DNA from: an uncultured Gemmatimonadales bacterium
Lineage (GTDB): Bacteria; Gemmatimonadota; Gemmatimonadetes; Longimicrobiales; RSA9
Length of the DNA: 64,000 bases
Assembly (NCBI GenBank): GCA_963708135.1
Contig: OY970192.1
Span: 3,808,001 to 3,872,000 of the forward strand
Reading direction: 5' to 3'
Made by a program: the position numbers and the translations under genes. The notes under the pieces were generated by a model. That model saw nothing but the letters and a program-made list of their open reading frames with translations, had not been told where the DNA came from and made no database searches. Position 1 is the first letter of the stretch. Each line of letters begins with the position of its first letter. Shown here piece after piece: positions 51,901 to 59,677 of the stretch.

Positions 51901-51966
51901 GGGGCTCGGGGCTCGGGGCTCGAGGCTCGAGGCTCGGGGCTCGGGGCTCGGGGCTCGGGATGCGGG
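51901..51966 (+). repeat. Heptamer tandem repeat (GGGGCTC/GAGGCTC, about 8 units)
   Basis: Directly visible tandem units ending in GGGATGCGGG. Confidence 0.9.
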
Positions 51967-51974
51967 CGTCGGAC

Positions 51975-52130
51975 GCAGTTGGTCGTGCCGCAGTTGGTCG
52001 TGCCGCGGTTAGTCGTGCCGCCGTCGGTCGTGGCCGCGGTTGGTCGTGCCGCGGTCGGACGGAGTCAGTCGTGCCGCAGTCGGTCGTGGCCGCAGTTGGT
52101 CGTGCCGTAGTTGGTCGTGCCGCCGTCGGA
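51975..52130 (+). repeat. Degenerate 15-mer tandem repeat (GCAGTTGGTCGTGCC)
   Basis: About 9-10 imperfect units overlapping the 3' end of the GT9 gene. Confidence 0.85.
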
Positions 52131-53231
52131 CGCGCGCCGGATCGTCAGGGCCAGCTGCACCTTCTCCAGCACGTCCTCCACGCGCACCCGCTCCATGCCG
52201 CCGGGCCGGTGCTCCATGCTGCACGGGTAGTCCTCGCCGGGGAAGCGGGCGTAGCCGTCCACGACGAGCTCGGTGAAGCGGCGGTAGGGGCCGTAGCGCT
52301 TCGGGTTGGTGTAGCCGTAGAGGCCGACGACCGGGACCTCGAGGGCGCGCGCGATGTGGAGGGGTCCGGTGTCGGGGCTGACGGCCAGGCGGGCGCCGTC
52401 GAGGAGCCAGACGAGGCGGCGGACCTCATCGCCGAGGGCGTTCACCACGCGCGCGGCGCTGGCGGCCTGGATCGCCGCCGCCATCTCGCGCTCGGCGGCG
52501 GAGGGGCCGCCCACCAGCACGGGGCGCAGCCCGAAGTCCGCCTCCAGCGCGTCGGCGAGGCGGGCGTAGCGCTGCGCGCTCCAGTTCTTCTCGGGCTTGC
52601 TCGTGCCGATGACGATGGCGGCCAGCGGGCGCTCCAGCCGCTCGAGGAAGGCGCGCTGCGCGGCACGCTCCTCCTGCGTCGGGCCGAGCCCCCACTCCAC
52701 CGGCTCCGCGGGGACGCCCAGGTGCTCGAGGAACTCGAAGTACTGGTCCTGCACGTGGCCGACCGGGCGTGCGGCGATGCGCTCGTTGGTGAACAGCCAG
52801 TTGAGGTCGCGGGCGCGGGCGCGGTCGAAGCCGAGCTTCACCTCCGCGTCCGCGAGGGCCGTGATGAGGCCCGCCTTGAGGTAGACCTGCAGGTTCAGCA
52901 GGAGGTCGAAGCGGCGCCCGCGCAGCCGGTGCCGGAGATCGGCGTAGGCGTGCCAGGCGCCGGCGCCGCGCCGGCGCTCGAAGAGGACGAACTCGTCGAT
53001 GGCCGGGTGGGCGGCCACGAGCCGGTGCGGCACGGGCTGGATGATCCACGTCAGCCGCGCGTCGGGATAGGCGCGGCGGAGCGCGTTGGCCACGGGCAGC
53101 ACGTGCACCGCGTCGCCGAGCGCGCTCAGCATGACGATGCCGATCTCGCGGGCGTCCAGGTGCCGCAGCGCGGGGGGGCGCCACTCCGGCGCGGCGCCCG
53201 GCAGCACGCCGGCTCCCCGCTCAGCCGCCAT
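52065..53231 (-). CDS. GT9 glycosyltransferase (heptosyltransferase family)
   Basis: SALGDAVHVLP, EKNWSAQRY and DTGPLHIA motifs; paralog of 46167-47267. Confidence 0.88.
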   Translation of the reverse strand: MAAERGAGVLPGAAPEWRPPALRHLDAREIGIVMLSALGDAVHVLPVANALRRAYPDARLTWIIQPVPHRLVAAHPAIDEFVLFERRRGAGAWHAYADLRHRLRGRRFDLLLNLQVYLKAGLITALADAEVKLGFDRARARDLNWLFTNERIAARPVGHVQDQYFEFLEHLGVPAEPVEWGLGPTQEERAAQRAFLERLERPLAAIVIGTSKPEKNWSAQRYARLADALEADFGLRPVLVGGPSAAEREMAAAIQAASAARVVNALGDEVRRLVWLLDGARLAVSPDTGPLHIARALEVPVVGLYGYTNPKRYGPYRRFTELVVDGYARFPGEDYPCSMEHRPGGMERVRVEDVLEKVQLALTIRRASDGGTTNYGTTNCGHDRLRHD

Positions 53232-53994
53232 GGCTCCCGTAGGCGGCGCGGATCGCGTCGCGCTCCCGCTCCGCCAACACGCGCCCGCTGCGCCCCTCCC
53301 ATTTCCGGAGCGAGCGCTCGAAGCGCTCCAGCATGGCCGCGCGGCGACGCGGGCCCAGCCCGTCCACGATGCGGCAGCCGTCCAGGTCGATGACCCAGGG
53401 ACGCGGGCCTCGGGGCGTCCACTCGAGCAGGATGTTCTTGAGGTTCAGGTCGCGGTGCAGCACGCCGCGATCGTGCAGGATGCGCAGCAGCCGCCCCGCC
53501 GCGGCGCAGGCATCCAGGCGGCCGTCGGCGTCCGTGAGCGCCTCGGGGCCGAAGAGCGCGCCGGCGAGGTCGACGGCGTCCGCGATCCAGCGCGTCGCCA
53601 CGTCGCCTCGGTAGAAGGCGCCGGAGGGGTAGATGGCCACCGCCCGCACCTCGGGCGTGTCCACGCCCCGCTCCAGGAGCGCCCGGCTCGCCTCGAGCTC
53701 CGCCAGCGGGCGAGGCCGCGTGGCGCGCACGTAGCGGTCGCCCAGGAGCGGCGCGGCCACGGCGCCGCCGCGACGGTAGTGGCGCACCACCCAGCGCCCG
53801 CCCGGCGCGGGGACGCTGAACGCCGCGCCCCGCCCCTCGAGACGGCGCGCCTCCGGGTGCGCCGCGGCCCAGCGGAAGAGCGAGCCGTGGTCCTCGAGCG
53901 CGCGCTCGGCCGCGGCCAGGGCATCCGGCGCGGCGACGAGCAGCGTGCCGCTCAGGCGGCGCGTCTCGAAGGCGGCCTCCGAAACCCGCATCAT
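53221..53994 (-). CDS. Lipopolysaccharide kinase, Kdo kinase (KdkA)-like
   Basis: GRG, VVRHYRRGG, HRDLNLKNIL, IDLD and RFERSLRK motifs. Confidence 0.82.
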   Translation of the reverse strand: MMRVSEAAFETRRLSGTLLVAAPDALAAAERALEDHGSLFRWAAAHPEARRLEGRGAAFSVPAPGGRWVVRHYRRGGAVAAPLLGDRYVRATRPRPLAELEASRALLERGVDTPEVRAVAIYPSGAFYRGDVATRWIADAVDLAGALFGPEALTDADGRLDACAAAGRLLRILHDRGVLHRDLNLKNILLEWTPRGPRPWVIDLDGCRIVDGLGPRRRAAMLERFERSLRKWEGRSGRVLAERERDAIRAAYGSHGG

Positions 53995-54041
53995 CCGGGC
54001 TCCTGGCGCGCTGCTCGCGTCCGCCGATTCGGGATCATGCG

Positions 54042-54461
54042 TCAGGATAACCCGGCCCGCGGGCGGAAGATCCCGACCCGCAGCGGCGGCTCCACCCGCC
54101 AGTAGAAGTGCAGCCGGTTCTCGCTGTCAACGATCACGTTCTCGGTCCGCTCCCGGGTCTTCGGGTAGTCGACCCCCGGGCGGCTCTCGAGCAGCAGCAG
54201 CTCGCCCGGCGCGAGCGAGACCTCGAGCGCCCGCAGCTGCTCCTCCAGGCGACGCACCAGCGCCTCCTCCGTCTCCCCCTGCACCATTCCGTCGGCCTCG
54301 GACGTGATCTCGCGCCCGTCCACCCGCGCGTAGGTCGCCTCGAACTCCGCCGCATCCAGCGGCGGCCCCGCCGCCGGGCGGAACGCGAGCTCGGTCAGCG
54401 CCCTGGCATCGAAGTCGGGCTCCACCGGCTGAAGCCGGCTGCCCGCGCGTCTCAGGATCAT
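54042..54461 (-). CDS. Hypothetical protein
   Basis: GGAGG before ATG 54461; 139 aa with normal composition. Confidence 0.7.
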   Translation of the reverse strand: MILRRAGSRLQPVEPDFDARALTELAFRPAAGPPLDAAEFEATYARVDGREITSEADGMVQGETEEALVRRLEEQLRALEVSLAPGELLLLESRPGVDYPKTRERTENVIVDSENRLHFYWRVEPPLRVGIFRPRAGLS

Positions 54462-54514
54462 GCTTGAACCTCCATCGGCTCGGCCCACGGGAGATCGATC
54501 CGCCCGCGCCGCGG

Positions 54515-55525
54515 CTACTCCACGGCGCCGAGATGGGGGCCCCACTCCTCCGCGAGCGGAGGGCCGACCTCGTTCAGCCGGCGCAGCTCCTCCGCGCCGA
54601 GCGGCTGGAAGGAGCGCGCCCGGTTCACGTTCTCGTGCAGCTCGCGGCGGTCGAGCATCCCGACCACCGCCGTGGCGCACCCGTCGAGCGTGAGCGCGTA
54701 GCGGAACGCCGCCGGCTGCAGCTCGCGCGGCATCATGGCGGGCGTGGCCCCGGAGCCGCGGACCCCGCCGTACACCTTCATGGCGACGAGGCCCATGCCC
54801 TGCCTCCTCGCGAGCGGCCAGGCGCCGGTCTCGAAGCCGTAGGTGCGCGCGTCCACGAAGTTGGCGGGGGTCATCATCACGTCGAGCGGATAGTCCTCGA
54901 GGGCGCGCAGCAGCCGCGCGGGCCGGTTGTGGCAGCTCACCCCCACCCAGCGCGCCATCCCCTGCCGCTTCGCCTCGAGCACCATGCGCAGCACTCCGTT
55001 CGGGCCGAAGGCGAGCTTCGGGTCCATGCGGTCGTGGCCGATCGAGTGCGCGAACAGCAGGTCGACCTGCTCGACCTGCAGCTCCTTCAGGCTGCGCTCG
55101 AGCTGCCGCCACGCGGCGTCGCCATCGGCCTCGAAGACCTTGGTCGTGAGAAAGACCTCCCGCCGCCGCGTGCGCGCCACCTCCCCTGCCTGCAGGTGCG
55201 CGCGGCCGTAGCCGCCCTCCGCCGTGGCCGTGTCCAGGTAGCTCACCCCGAGGTCCACCGCCTCGTTCAGGAGCGCGATCGCCTCCGCATCCCGCACCGT
55301 GCGGCCGAGCGCCGCCGTGCCGAAGCCGAGGATCGGCACCCGCTCCCCCGTCCGTCCCAGGATCCGCATCGGCAACTCGCGGCGCGGCGGCGGCGCGCGC
55401 CGCGGGGCGCCCGGCTGCAGCGACTCGGCCGCCTCCACCAGCTTCTCCCCCGGCACCGGGATGCGCCCCAGCGCCCGGCGGAAGAAGCCGCGCCGGTCGA
55501 GCGGGCTGCGGTCGTCGTCTGGCAT
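54515..55525 (-). CDS. Aldo/keto reductase
   Basis: LGRTG..LGFG, YLDTA, FLTTK, SLKELQ and GVSCH motifs. Confidence 0.88.
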   Translation of the reverse strand: MPDDDRSPLDRRGFFRRALGRIPVPGEKLVEAAESLQPGAPRRAPPPRRELPMRILGRTGERVPILGFGTAALGRTVRDAEAIALLNEAVDLGVSYLDTATAEGGYGRAHLQAGEVARTRRREVFLTTKVFEADGDAAWRQLERSLKELQVEQVDLLFAHSIGHDRMDPKLAFGPNGVLRMVLEAKRQGMARWVGVSCHNRPARLLRALEDYPLDVMMTPANFVDARTYGFETGAWPLARRQGMGLVAMKVYGGVRGSGATPAMMPRELQPAAFRYALTLDGCATAVVGMLDRRELHENVNRARSFQPLGAEELRRLNEVGPPLAEEWGPHLGAVE

Positions 55526-55860
55526 GACGGGAAAGGTAGGAGGACGGACTGCGTCGGCAAGCGGGCTCGACGGCGGAAGCTGCCACCCCTTCCCCCGACG
55601 CACCGGAGTGGTGGAGTGACCGGGCGGCTCGCGTGCCCGGGCACGCCGACGGCCGCGTGGCCCGGCCGCTTCGCGGCGAGACGTCCGGCGCACGCCGGGA
55701 CGGCCGCCGCCGTAGTCGCGAGGCCCGCCATCCCGCGCGGCGTGACGAGGCCGGCCCGGCGTCTCCCACTCTCCCACTCTCCCACTCTCGGGGAGGGCCG
55801 GGCGAGCCGGGCGCCCTCCCGCCCTGGCCCCTCCGCCGCCCCCGCCCTACCCTTCCCGCC

Positions 55861-57546
55861 ATGCTCTATGATGTGGCCGTCATCGGCGGTGGCGTGAACG
55901 GCGCCGGCACGGCGCGGGACGCGGCGCTGCGGGGGCTCCGCGTCGCCCTGCTCGAGCGCGAGGACTGGGGCGCCGGCACCACGGGCGCGTCCACGCGCAT
56001 GATCCACGGCGGGCTGCGCTACCTGCTCTACGACATCCCGACCACCCGCCTCTCCTCCGAGGACGCCGGGCACATCCGCGACATCGCGCCGCACCTGAGC
56101 TTCCGGATCCCGTTCCTCTGGCCGCTCTACCCGGGCAGCCCGTTCTTCACGGAGGCCAAGGAGGCGCTGCTCGCGGCGTACGACCGCTACGCGCAGGCCA
56201 AGCACGGACTCCGCCACGCCCGCCTCTCGCGCGCCGAGGCGCTCGCGATCGAGCCCGGGCTCTCGCCCGACACCATCGGCGCACTGACGCTCGACGAGTG
56301 GGGGATCGATGTCTTCCGCCTGGCCGCGCTGAACGCGCTCGACGCCCGCGAGGCCGGCGCCGATCTCTTCCCGCACACCGAGGTGACGGAGCTGCTCCGC
56401 GACGGTGCCGGCCGCGAGGTGCGCGGCGTGCGCGCCCGCGACCGGCTGGACGGCCGCACCCTGGAGATCGAGGCCGCCGTCGTCGTCAACGCCGCCGGCC
56501 CCTGGGCCGCGCAGGTGGCGGCCCTGGCCGACGCACGCGTGCCCCTCCGCCCCGGCAAGGGCATCCATCTCACGTTCGAGCGCCGCATCGGCAACTTCGG
56601 CCTCATCCTCGAGGGCCTCGACGGCCGCACCATGTTCCTCGTGCCGCACGGCGCGGAGACGATCGTCGGCACCACCGACGACGACTACTTCGGCGACCCC
56701 GCCCGGGTGGACCTCGAGATCACCCGCGACGAGGTGGACTACGTCATCGAGGCGGCCGCACGCGCCATCCCGCAGGCCCGCCACTGGCGGCCGCTGCGCG
56801 CGTGGGCGGGCGTACGCAACACGCTCTTCGAGCGGGGCGCGCCCGCCGACGACCTCTCCCGCCGCCACGAGATCATCGACCACGGCGAGAAGGACGGCGT
56901 GGCCGGCCTCCTGTCCATCGCCGGCGGCAAGCTGGCCAGCTACCGCATCCAGGCCGAGGAGGCGACGGACGCCGTGATCGCGACGCTCGCCCGCGCGGGA
57001 GACCGGCGCGCCCAGAGCGCGGGACGCGCGGCGGGCGGCGGCGCGGAAGACAGGGGCGGCGCCGCCTTCGGGCCATGCACGACCGCCGAGCGCCCGCTCC
57101 CCGGCGCCGAGCCGCCGCCCGACTTCATCGCGCTCGCCCGTGAGATCCCGCTCCCGCCCGCCGCGCTCGAGCGCATCTGGCGCCGGCTCGGCTCGCGCAT
57201 CCACGCGGCCCTGGACGGCGCCGGGCCCGACGACCTCGCCCCGGTCTGCCGCTCCGAAGCCGTCACCGCCGCGGAGATCCGCTACGCCGTCGGCGTCGAG
57301 GGCTGCCGCACGCTCGAGGACCTGCGCCGCCACGCGCACGTGGGCACCGGCTCCTGCGATGGGCTGGACTGCGCCGCCCCGGCCGCGCACCACATGGCCG
57401 AGATCCTCCGCTGGCCGCCCGAGCGGACACGGGCCGAGATCGCGGCGTTCCTCGAGCAGCGCTGGATCGGGCGACGGCCGGTGCTGTACGGGGCCAATCT
57501 GGCGGCGGAGGAGGTGGTGAGGGGGGTGCATCGCGGAGCAGGGTGA
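55861..57546 (+). CDS. FAD-dependent glycerol-3-phosphate dehydrogenase (GlpA/GlpD family)
   Basis: IGGGVNGAG, IHGGLRYL, NAAGPW, GTTD, GGKL and C-terminal C..GSCDGLDC motifs. Confidence 0.9.
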   Translation: MLYDVAVIGGGVNGAGTARDAALRGLRVALLEREDWGAGTTGASTRMIHGGLRYLLYDIPTTRLSSEDAGHIRDIAPHLSFRIPFLWPLYPGSPFFTEAKEALLAAYDRYAQAKHGLRHARLSRAEALAIEPGLSPDTIGALTLDEWGIDVFRLAALNALDAREAGADLFPHTEVTELLRDGAGREVRGVRARDRLDGRTLEIEAAVVVNAAGPWAAQVAALADARVPLRPGKGIHLTFERRIGNFGLILEGLDGRTMFLVPHGAETIVGTTDDDYFGDPARVDLEITRDEVDYVIEAAARAIPQARHWRPLRAWAGVRNTLFERGAPADDLSRRHEIIDHGEKDGVAGLLSIAGGKLASYRIQAEEATDAVIATLARAGDRRAQSAGRAAGGGAEDRGGAAFGPCTTAERPLPGAEPPPDFIALAREIPLPPAALERIWRRLGSRIHAALDGAGPDDLAPVCRSEAVTAAEIRYAVGVEGCRTLEDLRRHAHVGTGSCDGLDCAAPAAHHMAEILRWPPERTRAEIAAFLEQRWIGRRPVLYGANLAAEEVVRGVHRGAG

Positions 57547-57566
57547 GGGTAGGGATTTGGATTGGG

Positions 57567-57644
<78 letters not shown>

Positions 57645-57734
57645 GTCAGAGCTCGCCGATGCGGGGGCGGCGGGCGGCGCGGCCGCCGCTCGCGTACGGG
57701 GGCACCCGCTTCGTCGTCTGCCGTCCACCTGGCC

Positions 57735-57905
57735 GTGAACTCCCCACGCGTACCCCGGCGCAGAGGCGGTTGGGGAGTTGACCGCGCTATTCGTTGTCAA
57801 CTCCCCAAGGGCCGCGGCTCCATGGGAACGATTGGGGACTTTGCCGCGCTATTCGCAGTCAAGTCCCCAAACGTCGATTCCAGGGCCGAGCCGTGGGGAC
57901 TTGAC
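57735..57905. repeat. Array of 39-bp palindromic repeats with unique 22-23-bp spacers
   Basis: Full repeats at 57770-57808 and 57832-57870; half repeats at 57735-57747 and 57893-57905. Confidence 0.85.
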
Positions 57906-58027
57906 TGCCCTCGCCCCGATGGCGTCCCACATCGCGCATCCGGTGGGGTTTTCCTCCCCGCGCCGGCGCGACACGCCAGCGCGGAACCCGCGCTCCGGGT
58001 GCGCGACTCTCGAGGAAGGCGTCCACC

Positions 58028-59002
58028 TCAGAGCTCGTCGACGATGCGGGCGAGCTCGTCCTCGCGGCGCCAGGCGGACTCCAGGGCGCGGGCTTCGGCC
58101 CGGAGCTCGGCGCGCTCGGCGGAATCGGTCAGCGCCATCTCGAGGGCGAGGACCACCGTGGGGCCGAGACGGCGAAGGGAGCGGCCCGTGGCGGCGAGCC
58201 CCTGCGCCAGCCGCTCCGGGGTGCCGGCATCGGCCACGGTACGGCCGGCACGATCGATCATGCGGTCCGTGCCGCCGGCGATGTTCTGGTACGCCAGCAG
58301 TCGGCGCAGGAGGAGACGCGTGTCGTCGCCCACGATGCGGAACAGGCGCTCCGGAGTCCAGGGGTCGCAGCGCGGGCAGGGCACGCCAATGCCGGGACGA
58401 CCCTCCGGATCCACGACCACCCGCACCAGCCAGGAGTCCTCGAAGCTGAACGCCCGCAGCACGCTCCGGCAGTGCGCGCAGCGGCTCGCGCCCACCCACG
58501 CGAGAGAGCCGAAGCGCCACCAGCGCAGAGCGTCCGTGAACGGCGTCGCATCCCAGGAGAATGGAGGCACACGCCCCCACGGCCCCACCCGCCCCCCGAC
58601 GTAGGCGAGCGCGCCGGCCGTGTAGGCGGTCAGCCGCGCGCCCGCGCTGCGGAAGCGCGCCTGGCGCGAGCGCAGAACCCGCCCGTAGCGCCACCACGCC
58701 TGCTCCGCCAGCGGCGACTCGCCCACCCGAAGCACCTCGCCACGCTCCGTCCCGAGCAGCGCAATGTTCGGCGTGGCCGCGAGCAGCCGCCCGCGCCGCC
58801 GCACACCGTCCTCCAGCCGGTCGATCAGCTCCCGGCGCGCCTCCGGCGGCACCAGGTTCCAGCGGCCGCAGGAGACGCAGATCGTCCAGGCGCGGCTCCC
58901 CGCCGGGTCGTACGCCCAGCGCACGCCCGCCCCCGGCGGATCCGCCTCCGACGGCAGCGGCGCCCGGCAGAACAGGCAGTGGACAAAGAGCAGGTCATCC
59001 AT
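58028..59002 (-). CDS. Hypothetical protein with four CxxC motifs (two putative Zn ribbons)
   Basis: CLFC, CVSC, CAHC and CPRC; ends EDELARIVDEL. Confidence 0.8.
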   Translation of the reverse strand: MDDLLFVHCLFCRAPLPSEADPPGAGVRWAYDPAGSRAWTICVSCGRWNLVPPEARRELIDRLEDGVRRRGRLLAATPNIALLGTERGEVLRVGESPLAEQAWWRYGRVLRSRQARFRSAGARLTAYTAGALAYVGGRVGPWGRVPPFSWDATPFTDALRWWRFGSLAWVGASRCAHCRSVLRAFSFEDSWLVRVVVDPEGRPGIGVPCPRCDPWTPERLFRIVGDDTRLLLRRLLAYQNIAGGTDRMIDRAGRTVADAGTPERLAQGLAATGRSLRRLGPTVVLALEMALTDSAERAELRAEARALESAWRREDELARIVDEL

Positions 59003-59316
59003 GGCGAAGAAGCCTCACGGCACGGCGCAGGCCAGATCGTCCGGTACGGGCAAGATGCCGCGGCGCAACGAGATGGGATCCACCCCGCGCACGCGGCCGC
59101 GCCATCGATAAGGCCGGCGCTGCCCGTCCGCGGGACGCCCGATCCCGCCCTCGGACGCCGGCCCCGCGGCGGCGCGGCGGTTCATCCGGCAGCGCCCCGG
59201 AGGCCCCGGGGCCCACCGCGAAGCCGCGGCCCGCAGGCAGCAGCCCGGACTCCGAGTCCCGAGTCCCGGGCCGGCACCGATCCGCCACCTTGCCCTTCAT
59301 GCCGTGGCGCCTCTAT

Positions 59317-59335
59317 ATATGTTGATCACACATAT
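59317..59335. promoter_or_regulatory. Candidate PadR operator (ATATGT-N7-ACATAT)
   Basis: AT-rich inverted repeat abutting the GGAGG RBS of padR. Confidence 0.6.
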
Positions 59336-59344
59336 GGAGGCGCC

Positions 59345-59677
59345 ATGCTCAACCGCGAGCTCAAGAAGGGTACCACGCCGCTGCTCGTGCTCTCGCTCCT
59401 CGAGGTCGAGCCGCGCCACGGCTACGAGCTGGCCAAGCTGATCGAGAGCCGCTCGCGCGGCGTGGTGCGCATCCACGCGGCGTCGCTCTACCCGCTGCTC
59501 TACCGGCTGGAGCGGAAGCGCTGGATCGAGGGCCGGTGGGTGGAGAAGGCGGGGCAGCGGCGGCGTCGCTTCTACAGGCTGACGGCGGAGGGGCGGCGGC
59601 AGCTGGAGGCGCAGCGGCGGGGGTGGACGGAGTTCGTGCGCGCGATCGGACAGGTGGCGGGGGTGGAGTATGCCTGA
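59345..59677 (+). CDS. PadR family transcriptional regulator
   Basis: [21 protein letters not shown] and RRRFYRLT motifs. Confidence 0.92.
   Translation: MLNRELKKGTTPLLVLSLLEVEPRHGYELAKLIESRSRGVVRIHAASLYPLLYRLERKRWIEGRWVEKAGQRRRRFYRLTAEGRRQLEAQRRGWTEFVRAIGQVAGVEYA

Noticed and set aside
57735..57905. Calling the array a CRISPR or TIGR array
   Set aside because: Only two full, diverged repeats, short spacers, no AT-rich leader and no cas genes. It also lacks the 36-nt dual-spacer box C/D layout and there is no Nop-domain gene.
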